From Octopus sinensis (taxonomy: Eukaryota), in the NCBI RefSeq assembly GCF_006345805.1, contig NC_043008.1:25482001-25546000 (forward strand): a DNA stretch of 64,000 bases, read 5' to 3'. The notes beneath the pieces were generated by a model. The model made no database searches. It saw nothing but the letters and a program-made list of their open reading frames with translations, and was not told the DNA's origin. Made by a program: the position numbers and the translations under genes. Below are positions 1-11,190 of the stretch, in pieces; positions within the stretch are counted from its first letter, which is position 1; each line of letters opens with the position of its first letter.

Positions 1-230
1 AATGGAAATTTTGGGTATATTTTAAAATTTATTTCTAATAATTATGGTTCAAAGTTCATCAAAATCCGAAGCATATGAATTTTATGGGTGATTCTGCTCC
101 CTTTATGTCCCCTCAAATTTGTATGAAACATACAGCTTTACCATTCTCCCTAGGCTTGGATTTTGTGTTCCAAATTTCATTAGGATCGAAGCAGCACACA
201 AACACACAGTCATTGGCTATTATATAATAT
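1..230 (-). mobile_element. Remnant of a Lep1-type non-autonomous Helitron (5' part)
   Basis: Two copies of a 'ccaaatttcattaggatcgaagca'-like module, then a CA-rich tract and 'tattatataatata'. This is the same layout as the Helitron-like elements at 23.1-24.7 kb and 28.0-29.4 kb. Confidence 0.35.
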
Positions 231-336
231 ATATATATATGAGTTCATTAAAATTTAGATTCTGATGAATACGGTACTTAGGTTAAAGGCACCAGAATTT
301 AGTATGGTATTATCTATATAATTCAAAATGGTGATT

Positions 337-563
337 ATAATCAAAAGAAGCAACAAGGATATCCAGAAGTAATGCAGTACGATCGCTTCATGTGACAATT
401 CGAAGGATTCCTCCTTCGAATTTAACTAAATTCTATATTTTTATGCAGCTGAATATTGCTCGACATTTTAAATTGATGTAATGTTTGCATTGTGCAATTA
501 AATGGAGTCACATGAAATGATCATACTGCATTACCTCTGGATATCCTTGTTGGTCATTTTGAT

Positions 564-566
<3 letters not shown>
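337..566. repeat. ~60-bp inverted repeat with a nested 11-bp hairpin (MITE-like or structured repeat)
   Basis: 337-396 (ataatcaaaagaagcaacaaggatatccagaagtaatgcagtacgatcgcttcatgtgac) is the near reverse complement of 507-566. The spacer contains the perfect hairpin aattcgaagga-ttcc-tccttcgaatt (397-422). Confidence 0.85.
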
Positions 567-657
<91 letters not shown>

Positions 658-658
658 G

Positions 659-697
<39 letters not shown>

Positions 698-734
698 TAT
701 ATATATATACATATATATATTATATATATGTATG

Positions 735-781
<47 letters not shown>

Positions 782-805
782 ATATATAATATATATATAT
801 ATATC
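566..805. repeat. (TA)n microsatellite
   Basis: Direct reading of the sequence; it explains the YIYIYI ORFs. Confidence 0.98.
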
Positions 806-809
806 AAAC

Positions 810-1430
810 TAAAGTTATTGAACGAACAAATGCAAGGTCATCCGCATATCATTTCATAATTCGAACATTTAATCATAGAATATACATATAAATATCCCGC
901 AAGATGGAACATAATTCATCTGTACAAGCATACAAGCATATAATAATAATAAGGTTCGAGAAAAAATTTTTTCATCACAGTTTAAAGTTAATACTTTAGC
1001 GATTCAGAAAAATACATTTTTTTACATTTTTAAAAAAAAAACATTACGACACCTAGAAAGTAAAAATATAATATAAAGTAATATATAAAAATATATAGGT
1101 ATACAAAAATATATAAAATATATATATATACATATAGGAGCATATAAAAAATATATAATATATATCACGTAAATAAAATAAAAGTTCATCTTATTAAATA
1201 ATTATTCAAGTAAAAGAAGCCTTATAGTTAAAAAGGGAACTATATTTACTTATCCCTATGGCCATTTCAGGGGTGTATTATGTTTAAAGCACTAGGGTGC
1301 ATCCAGATAATACCTCCTTCATCAGGGTAAAAAAATATATATACATAAAGATAGACATCATCGCGTACCAAGCCAGCACAATGTTGTTTGCTTTCCTATT
1401 GAAGCATTCATGCTCGGATAGCCCATATAT
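810..1430 (-). mobile_element. 5'-truncated Penelope-like element 3' end (pLTR-like) carrying an HHR
   Basis: Bounded by TA microsatellites. Minus strand reads ...[15 protein letters not shown] (resembles a PLE C-terminus), followed by a hammerhead motif at 1251-1330. Confidence 0.5.
1251..1330 (-). ncRNA. Minimal type I hammerhead ribozyme (H1)
   Basis: Minus strand: ttacc-CTGATGA-aggaggtattat..ataatacacccct-GAAAT-GGCC-ATA-gggata. Canonical core, long stem II, 2-bp helix III with palindromic GGCC loop, AUA cleavage triplet. Stem I is weak (2 bp plus a mismatch). Confidence 0.75.
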
Positions 1431-1733
1431 ATATATGTATGTATGTATGTATATATATATACACACACATATATATATATATGTATATATATATATTTAC
1501 ACATATATATTTTATATATATATATATCCTTATATACATATATATACATATATATATATGTATATACATATATATATGTATATATATATATGTATATACA
1601 TATATACATATATATATATATGTATATATATGTATATACATATATACATATATATATATATACATATATATATATGTATATGCATATGTATATATATATA
1701 TATATATATATATGAATATATATATATATATAC
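1425..1733. repeat. (TA)n/(TACA)n microsatellite
   Basis: Direct reading; separates two oppositely oriented PLE-related segments. Confidence 0.97.
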
Positions 1734-1736
1734 AGG

Positions 1737-3075
1737 TAAAGAAAATGATCGCACATGCACTAGGAGCTAGTATAAGAGTTACCCTAAAAGGCCACATGTT
1801 TAACTTTAACAATAAAATATATGCTCAAGACGAGGGGGCAGCCATCGGCGTTAGTATCGCCGGTGATGTGACCAACCTTTTCATGGTATGGTGGGACAGA
1901 AGGCTTAAAGAATGCCTAACACAGAACTCCATACTCGTGAACATGTACTCTCGCTATGTTGATGATATCAACATAGTGGTAAAGGCACCCCCACAAGAGA
2001 GTACTGTTGAAATAGAAATAGAAACTAATACTATGGAGAGCATCCAGCAAATATCTAACTTCATCCACCAGAGTATTAATGTCACAATAGACTACCCCAC
2101 TAAATACCCTAACCATAGACTACCTGTCCTAGACACAGAACTCTGGCTAGAAACTGAGAATAATAAAACTTGAACCCTTCAATCGTACTATGCCAAACCT
2201 ATAGCCTCCAAATACTTGATCCACCAGAACTCAGCTATCGCAGACAATGCCAAATTCAATATTTTGATGGCAGACCTCGTCAGAATAATGCAAAATGTGT
2301 CCCGCATGTGCGAGCCTACAGAGTTAAAGAGACACATACAACATTTCGTTCACCGCATGCAGTTCTCAGGTTACAGCCATAAAGAAAGGATCAGAGTATA
2401 CAAAGGAGCCATGAAGAAATTTGATACTATCTTATGTAATGATAGGAATGGGATTTGCCCACTCTATAGGAGCAACTCATAGAACACTATTGAAAAGACA
2501 AAAAAGAAAATTGGGAAGGCCAACTCTTGGTATGATAGATGCAAATACCAGAGTGTCATGTTCGTCAACACCACCCCTAGAGGTGAACTGGCGTACTGCT
2601 TTAGAAGGACCCTAGACAAACTTAAGCTAAAGATTAAGGTTGTTGAAAAGCCAGGCAACCCTATCAAATCCATACCTTTTAGTAGAACCCCCTGTATCGA
2701 TAGGTACTGTACTCTGTGTAGATTTAGCCCACAAACAAACTGTAAAGCCAGAAATATAGTCTATAGCATAATATGTATAGAGGGATGATGCGGTAACAAG
2801 ACAACGAAATACGTAGGGGAAACAGCACGGAGCATATGAGAGTGGGTAAATGACATTGGAGAGAACTGAAGGAAGGAAAGAGCTCATCGGTTCTGTACCA
2901 ACACACCAAGCAGGAACACGGGGTCTCAATCAACAACATGGAAGTTAAAATGTTGTCCACACATAGAACAGATGCAACAATCAGACAAATTACGGAAGCT
3001 ACACATACAATGGAAGATAAACCTAGCCTGAATAGGAAACTGGAATGGAACACTAGCACACACCACAACATATGA
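1737..3075 (+). pseudogene. Penelope-like retroelement, Naiad-type: C-terminal RT, Cys-rich linker and GIY-YIG endonuclease; 5'-truncated and inactivated
   Basis: One frame (ORFs 1439, 2216 and 2558 share it): [94 protein letters not shown]. After a 1-bp frameshift near 2853: HW..VLYQHTKQEHG..RQITEA..LNRKLEWN. Stops at ~2171, 2480, 2786 and 2837. Confidence 0.9.
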
Positions 3076-3577
3076 CAGAAGAGGATCCCCATAAACTGGT
3101 TACAATATAAACAAAACTGAAAACATAATAAAATAAAATACACAGATAAATAAACAAATGGAAATAAATAACTACTTGCATTTTTTAATTATATTTTTCA
3201 ATTTATTTTTTAATTTATTTATTTTTATTTATTTATTTATTTTTTATTAAAACGATTTTTTAAAATTTTAATTTAAATTTTTATTATTATTACTATTATT
3301 ATTGTTATACATACATACATACATAAATAATAATAATAATAATAATAACACATGAACAAAATAAGAATAAACAAAAACAAAATCAAATTACACGAACAAA
3401 TATAAACAGGAGATACAAAGATTACAGGCATTTCCCCCTCCCCCCACACACACACTAACTAAACATAGACGCACATAGAGATATACGCATGCACAAATGA
3501 AGACACATACAACAGAAATACAAAATGGCTGACGGTTAGTAAGGAGAGACACACAAATAATAAAGAAGAAAGCAAAG

Positions 3578-3620
3578 GACCACTGATGCGGTCACAGGAG
3601 TATGACGAAAGAACTCTGGC
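3578..3620 (+). ncRNA. Variant minimal hammerhead ribozyme in the 3' region of the Naiad element (H2)
   Basis: CCA-CTGATGCG-GTCA-caggagta-TGAC-GAAAG-aa-CTC-TGG. Stem I CCA/TGG, stem II GTCA/TGAC, CUC triplet. Core deviates (C at A9 plus an extra G) and the helix III loop is only 2 nt. Same strand and downstream of the PLE ORF. Confidence 0.5.
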
Positions 3621-3739
3621 TGAAATAAGATTAAGATTAATGTAAAAAATAAATAACACTGAAGCAAAGTAACAGCAAATACATAGTGCATGTGTTTCTA
3701 TTGGCTAAACTGGCAAAATGACCATTCCTAAAAACAAAA

Positions 3740-3748
3740 ATATATGTG

Positions 3749-3817
<69 letters not shown>

Positions 3818-3850
3818 ATATGTATATATACATATATGCATAAGTATATA

Positions 3851-3890
<40 letters not shown>
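3740..3890. repeat. (TA)n microsatellite closing the Naiad insertion
   Basis: Direct reading. Confidence 0.95.
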
Positions 3891-4352
3891 AATATGAAGT
3901 TTGTATTATACACATCACTGCTTAGTGGTTTCATTCCATATTTTATTTCCAGAGAGTTGCCAACCAGTGTAACCAACCATAGTATGATGATGGAAAATAT
4001 AATAAGAGAGCCCTCAGTCTCTTGTCAATTTGCAGCATCTGCTTTTCTAGTTCTAGTGCAGAAGAGGAGACAACCACTTCAAAATGCATGCATCTACCAG
4101 TCTGCCTCATGGAGAGTTGATGGTGGTGCAGAAATCTGACTTGATGTTTTCACACCTATATGTTTACAGCATAAGAAATTTTCTCCTTCACAAAATACAG
4201 TAAATGACTTCCTCAAATATGCCTCAAGAGAATTTCAACTGGTAACAAGTTTGTATGTATAAAAATATTTATGTTACACACACATACGCACACACATATA
4301 TATACATACATACACATGTGCGTGTGCACATATATATATATATTTATATATG

Positions 4353-4430
<78 letters not shown>

Positions 4431-4886
4431 GTTAAAAATTCAAATAGGTTCAACAATTTATATAAACGTATATTGCGCCATGGATTGGTGTATATCAGTT
4501 TTCAAAATATATAAATGTATCAATCATTAAAATATTAAAACATATTAAATATCTATGAATACATAAATATATAAAGGTTTAACATATATGTACAAATAGA
4601 TGAATGAGATTAAGTTATAAAAGCATAGATGTATAAAAGTATAGCTGTATAAAGATATATATAGAGACATTTATAATTATAATTATATTAAAAGTCATAG
4701 TAGCATGATGATGTAAAATATATTTCAAAATATAAATTAAGGGTAAAACAACTTTTTCACCCAGTTTATTACATTCAGTAGTGTAATTACCATGCAATGA
4801 AAAAACATGTGTATTAATAATTGGGTATTCTACCAGCAGTATATTGGATAGATTCACAACCTCTAACTCTCTTCGTATTCATTATT

Positions 4887-5093
4887 ATCATCATCATCAT
4901 TTAACGTCCGCGTTCCATGCTGGCATGGGTTGGATGATTTGACTGAGGACTGGCAAACCAGATGGCTGCACCAGGCTCCAATCTGATCTGATCTGGTAGA
5001 GTTTATACAGCTGAATGCCCTTCCTAACGTCAACCACTCTGAGAGTGTAGTGGTTGCTTTTATGCTCAAAAGGTGTTTTTTACATGCCACCTG
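4887..5093 (-). mobile_element. RTE LINE 3' tail fragment with (GAT)n tail
   Basis: Reverse complement matches the 3' end of the RTE LINE at 14210-14361 (ccaacccatgctagcatggaa..gacgttaaacgatgatgat). Confidence 0.85.
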
Positions 5094-6360
5094 CACTGCC
5101 AACAGAAGTAAATAGACACCTTTAATTTTCAAAATTTCTGAACTAAGTGTCTTAATGTTTTCAGTTGTGTAGAATTTACGATGTAATTATTCTCTTTCAT
5201 TCCCAGTGCCATTATATTAAACATTTGCAAAGAGTAACCATGCCATGCACAAAAAATTCAGCAGAACTGTCAGATTTTCAAAGAGGTCATATTGTTGGGC
5301 AGTATGAGGCTGGTCTCAGCCAGCAAAAAATTGCCAAAAATTTTCAAATTCCTCTTACTACTGTTAATAGAATTATAGTGCAATTCAAAAGCAAAGAAAA
5401 AGAATCAACAGATTCTCATGCAGGCTGACTTGGGCCCTCGGAAAGGAAGGTTCACTATTTGAAGAGAATTGTGGAAAACGAACCCCATTCGAAGGCTTCT
5501 GACATTGCAAAACAACTAGAAGGTAGTCCAAGAATATGTGTTACATATCTGCATAAGCTTGGGTATTACAGAAGAGCAGCTAAAAGAAAACCTCTCCTTC
5601 AACTAATTAATATCATGAAAAGAAAGAAATGGGTTAAGGAGATGTCAGAAAAATCCAGTTCATTTTGGGATAGAGTGATTTTCTCAGATGAATCCAGATT
5701 TGCACTATTTTCAGGTATTGGACGTGTCTGTGTCTGGAGGCTTCCCAATCAAGAATTTGATTTGAAATCGACTCCAACTAACTGTGAAACATGGCAGTAT
5801 CCCTGTAATGGTATGGGGAGCTGTCATCAGCAATGGTCATTCTGAGCTGATCAAATGTGTTGGAACCATAAACTCTGAAAAATACATCGAAATACTTAGG
5901 CAAAGTCTACTTCCGATGTATTCAGATGATAACATAATGAAAAATGAGGTTTGATTCATGGAAGATGGGGTTCCATGCCACACAGCAAAAAGGGATCAAC
6001 AATGGCTGACTGAAAATGGGATCAAAAAGCTTCCTTGAGCGAGCCAATCTCCTGACATGAACCCAATTGAAAATCTTTGGAGTACACTAGATAGAGCTAC
6101 ATGAAAAACTCGACAGAAACCTAAATCTAAAGATGAATTGTTCTGATTGTTGCATGAAAAGTGGACAGAAATTTCACAAGAGACAATTACAAACTCATCA
6201 GTTCAATGCCAAATGCGTTTCTGAATTAAAAACTGCAAAGGGAATGTCAACTAAATACTAAAGTAAGTAGTCTTACCTACCCATTACATTTCAATTGTTC
6301 GCTTTGTGTATTAGATAAAAGATTTTGAAATTTAAAGGTGTCTGTTTACTTCTGCATGTC
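5094..6360 (+). mobile_element. Tc1-family DNA transposon with defective transposase
   Basis: 33-bp inverted repeats at 5103-5135 and 6322-6354 (2 mismatches). Transposase 5240-6261: ELSDFQRGHIVG, KPLL, WDRVIFSDESRF, TVKHG..VMVWG, FMEDGVPCHTAK, QSPDMNPIENLW (DD34E type), with stops and frameshifts. Confidence 0.92.
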
Positions 6361-6368
6361 TATAAATA

Positions 6369-6415
<47 letters not shown>

Positions 6416-6669
6416 TAATAAGGGTAAAAATTGATATTAATCAATTAAACCCAGTGGCCTAGCATATTAAAAAATCCGAAGATTAAAATATTTTTACATA
6501 CAAAATTTAAAGGACTGACCACTAAAAGTGGACGGTCAACATGCTAGATATAGACGTCAAAATCGCTATTTTCCACAAAGAATGTGTTCTCAAATAAAAA
6601 AACTCAGCACAAACCAAAGCATTAAAATTAAGCAAGACAAATGAAAATATACGAAATAAAAATGATTAC

Positions 6670-6744
6670 CTATGTACCGATCAGTTTCGATTGTTAATAT
6701 CCATGCATATGAATACATGGAAATCTGCAATCTCATCAGCATAG
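6670..6744 (-). ncRNA. Type I hammerhead ribozyme, canonical core (H3)
   Basis: Minus strand: CTATG-CTGATGA-GATTG..ccatg..catgg..CAATC-GAAAC-tGATCg-GTA-CATAG. Perfect 5-bp stem I, 5-bp stem II base, palindromic GATC loop, GUA triplet. Confidence 0.9.
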
Positions 6745-6957
6745 TCTGTAATATAAAAATACAATTTGCAGGACTAGATACAAAAACGTTTGACCTGAAT
6801 CTCACATGCAAGTCCAGCCAATTATATTTATGTGTATCTTTCAAATGCCTTTACTTCGCTATTTTCCACAAAGAATGTGTTCTCAAATAAAAAAACTCAG
6901 CACAAACCAAAGCATTAAAAATGAAGACAAATGAAAATATACGAAATGAAAATGATT

Positions 6958-7016
6958 ACCTATTGTTAATATCCATGCATATGGATACATGGAAATCTGC
7001 AATCTCATCAGCATAA
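6958..7016 (-). ncRNA. Defective second HHR copy lacking GAAAC, helix III and the cleavage site
   Basis: Same sequence as H3, but 18 nt (gtaccgatcagtttcgat on +) are missing. Confidence 0.8.
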
Positions 7017-7036
7017 TCTGTCATATATATATATAT

Positions 7037-7069
<33 letters not shown>

Positions 7070-7071
7070 TA

Positions 7072-7160
7072 TTGGAGCCTGGTGCAGCCATCTGGTTCGC
7101 CAGCCCTCAGTCAAAATCGTCCAACCCATGCTAGCATGGAAAGCGGACGTTAAACGATGA
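7072..7160 (+). mobile_element. Short RTE 3' tail
   Basis: Near-identical to 14265-14350. Confidence 0.85.
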
Positions 7161-7306
7161 AACGATATATATATATATAGTAGAATATGAAATAGAAGGT
7201 CTTTGGTACAATATTATGTATTTGAAAAATGAATAGAATTGGCTTTTCTGATAACTTTTCCACTTTAATAATTAGAGGTTTATAAGTTCATAAACATATA
7301 TGTATA

Positions 7307-7435
7307 GGTGCAAGCTTGCTTCCCAACCACATGATTCCACGTTCAGTCCCACTATATACCACCTTGGGCAGGTGTCTTCTACTAAAGCCTTGTGAGTGGA
7401 TTTGGTAGATGGAAATTGAAAGAAGCCCATCGTAT
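7307..7435 (+). mobile_element. tRNA-derived SINE head
   Basis: ..cttgcttcccaaccacatgattccacgttcagtcccact..caccttgggcaggtgtcttc..ggatttggtagatggaaa; B-box-like segment; family repeated elsewhere in the window. Confidence 0.8.
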
Positions 7436-7691
7436 ATATATATATATATATAAATGTATATATATATATATATATACATATATTTCGTTTTGGGATTTGG
7501 TTTGCAAGATTCTTTATATGAGTTCGTGCATTGAAGCATATTCTGTTGTGTCCGGGGAGAGTAATTTTCTTTTTGTGCCTTATTATGTAACACTCTCACT
7601 GGTAAAATTTCCACTTTTTTCTTATTTTTATTGTCCTAAAAATTTTGTTACATCTTACTGGTGAGTCTAACCCTTTTAAATCATATATGTA

Positions 7692-7735
<44 letters not shown>

Positions 7736-7883
7736 AAAAAATACAAACTGGGACAAGAACACAAAACATTTAGACGATGATGCAAAAAACACGGACGGGA
7801 CATCCGAAGCCTTCAATCTTCAGTCAAGAACCGGATCATCCTCGCAATTAATGTAAACATATATATATATATATATATATATA

Positions 7884-8072
7884 TCATCATCATCATCATC
7901 ATCATCATTTAGCGTCCGTTCTCCATGCTAGCATGGGTTGGACGGTTCAACTGGGGTCTGTGAAGCTGGAAGGCTTCATCAGGCCCAGTCAGATCTGGCA
8001 GTGTTTCTACGGCTGGATGCCCTTCCTAACGCCAACCACTCCGTGAGTGTAGTGGGTGCTTTTTACGTGCCA
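7884..8072 (-). mobile_element. RTE LINE 3' tail fragment
   Basis: (CAT)n followed by ttagcgtccgttctccatgctagcatgggttggacgg. Confidence 0.85.
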
Positions 8073-8131
8073 CATATATATATATGTGTGTGTGTATATA
8101 TGTATATATGTATATATATATATATATATAC

Positions 8132-8173
<42 letters not shown>

Positions 8174-8689
8174 ATATATATATATATAATATATATATAT
8201 ATATTATATATATATACATATATATACACACTTATAAATCGAGGATTTAATCATTAAAATGTGGCTAGCATATAAAAAAATGACGATATCAGTAAAATTA
8301 TTTTTTAAGTATATAATATTAATATATTAAGCATAAAATCATAATTAATAATATAATTAAGTATAAAATATTAGTAACACATGCACATAGACATGCACAT
8401 AGATCTAGAAGTACACATTCAAGCACATAAATGCATACATAGGCTCATACTCATGATGACACAGGCATGCACACATAAAAATGCAGGAATGCATACACAT
8501 ACACACACACACACACAGACACACACACACACAGAGGCATGCACACACACATGGATGCAGGAATACCCCCTACACACATTCACACAATAATAGGCACATA
8601 CATATGCATGCAGATAATCACACACGCACCTACAATATTCCCTAACTTTTTCATAAGGGTGTACAAATTAGGAAATAGATGCCCAGATG

Positions 8690-9200
8690 GCTTACAAGAT
8701 GTAGTCAAAAGCTTCTGTTGTATTGGCAACATGTTAGCAGTGGAGGCAGTTGCATAGAAAGTATTGAAACCAATTTAAGAATGGAATGGAAAAAGTTAAT
8801 GAAGTTTGTAAAAATAAAAACTATTTTTCTGAATGAAGAATCAATTGTATGATGCTTGTGCACGATAGTAAGATTTGGACTTTGAATACAGCAAACTCAC
8901 CAAGACTAGAAAGAAATGAAACCAGAATGCTCCAGTACATGTGTAATGTTAGTGTGAAGACCAGAGTACAATTGAGTTAAGAGAAAATTTGTGAATCAGG
9001 TGTGATGTGTAACAGAGGAGGTTTCATTGTTGAATGAATGTGATGCAGATGGAGGCTTACTGCTGCATAGGAAAATGCTTAGCACTTCAAGTTAATGGAA
9101 TCTGTGAAGTGGGAGACCAAGGAAAACTTGGGATGAAGTGTTGAGGGCCGATGTGAAGATGCATCATCTCGTATATGAGATGATAAAAAGACGTGACTGC
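8690..9200 (+). mobile_element. Old degenerate RTE ORF 3' remnant
   Basis: Recognisable LYDAC, LERNE..MLQYMCN and RPRKTWDEV motifs, homologous to 13440-13780. Confidence 0.65.
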
Positions 9201-10309
9201 CTGGCATTTACATGTATTCATGGTGTGACAATAGAACTATGCACCCATGTCATAACTGGACTGTCATACAAGGATAATGTTTTAGAAGCTGCACTGTGTG
9301 TGTGTGTCTGTGTGTGTAGTTACATTCTCAACCAACCCCATCTTACTCTCTTTCCCGCTTGCTCCTCATTTTGCATCTTCATTCTTTCTCTCTATGGTTC
9401 TTGTCTTTCCTAAACTCACTTTCATCACTCATCTCTCTACAACATAGACAGATTGCCTCATCCACTTCACTCTCTTTGACAACTCTTTTCCTTCACTAGG
9501 TTCACATATAAGAGGCTGCATTCAATCACCATCACTCCCATCCTTTTGCACTCATCCTGCTGTGCTACCAGCCAGCATACTCTCTTCTGTACCACATCTA
9601 TTGTCACTAATAGCTGCACTTGCTTTCATCTCTCTATCCATGCCTCACATCTCTCAGAGACCTTCAGCCTTTCTTATTGCTCTCCCTACATTCACCAAAT
9701 GTCCCCTCCCTTACGCCTTTCTCTCACTGTCTTTCCACAATCTCCCTTCTTAGATGTTTACTTTGCATTCCAATGTTGTTGTTCTTCTCTACCCTTATTA
9801 TACTGTCCAGCATTTCTTCTCTTTGTTCTTGCTACACTCCCCACTGTCACACCATCCTTTACCTTGTTTCCTAACAGCTTCTCGCCCTCTTTAGTACCCC
9901 TTCTCACCTTTCTACTTTGGTCTTACATCTCTCATTTCTTTAAAGACTCCCCTCGATTCATTCCCACACTGAGCTATTTCCCTCTTACAACTATATCGCT
10001 GTTCTTCACACTCTCTTATCACCTTGTTTAGAATTATCATGCCCCCTGTCCTCTTACTGTCTATATTTAAAGGGACCATTTATGCTATTAAATTTTCACT
10101 AGTGTTGAGGCCAGTTACATGCAATAATGTTGGTATTAAGAACGGTGTCCAGCCATAGAAAACATATCAAGTGGACAGGCATGCACAACATCCATCGGAT
10201 GATTGTTACACAACTCTCAACTCATCACACTCACAAAAATAAACAAGCGAGCAGTAGCATGTTCATTAATGGACAAGAGAAATTTCTAATTAAAGTTGCC
10301 ATCATTTAA

Positions 10310-11013
10310 GGACTACATAAATGTCAGTAGATGACATTTTTGGACAACAGCTTATGATGTGGGTGACACTTTTGGTGTTAACTCCACAAAGCCTGCATCA
10401 GTTATCACATTTTGCTGCTTTCCCCATGTCTCTGTTCCATTTGTGCATTAGGTATTTGGTTGATACTTCCTGTTCCTGGATTGCAAATGCATACCCTTCA
10501 AAGTGGGAGTTAGTAACCCAGTGGTTAGTTCATGATAGACTGCTTTGATGATCAATGTTATAATCATCCCAGAGCTTTTTGTTAACATCTCCATGCATGG
10601 TCTTCTGCTGATATATGCTCATCCTTTCACCTAATGATACATTACAGTAGGGTTGTGCAACTTCTTTGGGCATGTATTTAAGTTCATCAGATGAGGAATG
10701 CTGCTTTCCAAGTCTCGTGATGTTATCTGCCTCATGTATGCAAACTTGGTCAAGAGATGCACATTGACACTTGGTGGTTAAAAGATGTTACCGACGAGAT
10801 TTGATATGACATTGAAATGCATTTTGGATCGATGTTAAGCCTCTCTCTCTCTCTCTCCATGTTTTCATTTTACATCAAAATTTATGTCACTGTCGATGTG
10901 GAAATTATGTCCACTGGTTAGTATCTTCCAGGTTTACACATGTATGGCTCAGACCTCATCAAGCAACCCAAATATTGGTATGAGTACTAGTACTGCAAAC
11001 ACATTGTTGGCCA
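10310..11013 (-). mobile_element. R4/Dong-like RLE LINE, 5'-truncated fragment
   Basis: Reverse complement aligns by eye to 38140-38830 (..FEGYAFAIQEQEVSTKY.. and the CCHC region). The 5' junction abuts a (CATA) tract at 11014-11028. Confidence 0.85.
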
Positions 11014-11028
11014 ATGTATGTATGTATG

Positions 11029-11135
11029 TCATTATTCAGTTTTATCTCAAGATTTCTTGCCAATAGAGAAACTGTTACTATCTAACCGAGATCTTCATTG
11101 GAATTTCAAAATTAACAACAGGGTATTTTTGTTTG
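11029..11135 (-). mobile_element. 3' terminal fragment of the same R4/Dong-like family
   Basis: Reverse complement matches 39505-39628 (aaaaaataccctgtt..gaaattccaatgaag..tggcaagaaatct..taatga) and is followed by catacatacatac. Confidence 0.8.
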
Positions 11136-11190
11136 TATATATGTATATATATGTATATATATATGTATATATATATATGTATATATATAA

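Larger units (their letters stand above)
6563..7023 (-). repeat. 293-bp-period tandem repeat (about 1.6 units) carrying HHRs; retrozyme/pLTR-like
   Basis: 'tcgctattttccacaaagaatgtgttctc' starts at both 6563 and 6856; the second unit is partial. Confidence 0.9.

Noticed and set aside
255-320. CTGATGA followed by an imperfect stem
   Set aside because: No GAAA core or cleavage site after the stem.
2171-2839. In-frame TGA codons in the Naiad ORF as selenocysteine (some Naiads encode selenoproteins)
   Set aside because: The TGAs at ~2171, 2786 and 2837 fit CGA(Arg)-to-TGA CpG decay (e.g. ATA TGA GAG TGG from I-R-E-R). There is also a TAG and a frameshift, and no SECIS-like stem was seen downstream. 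A family consensus would settle it.
7790-7835. CTGAAGA motif on the minus strand
   Set aside because: No GAAA and no stems.
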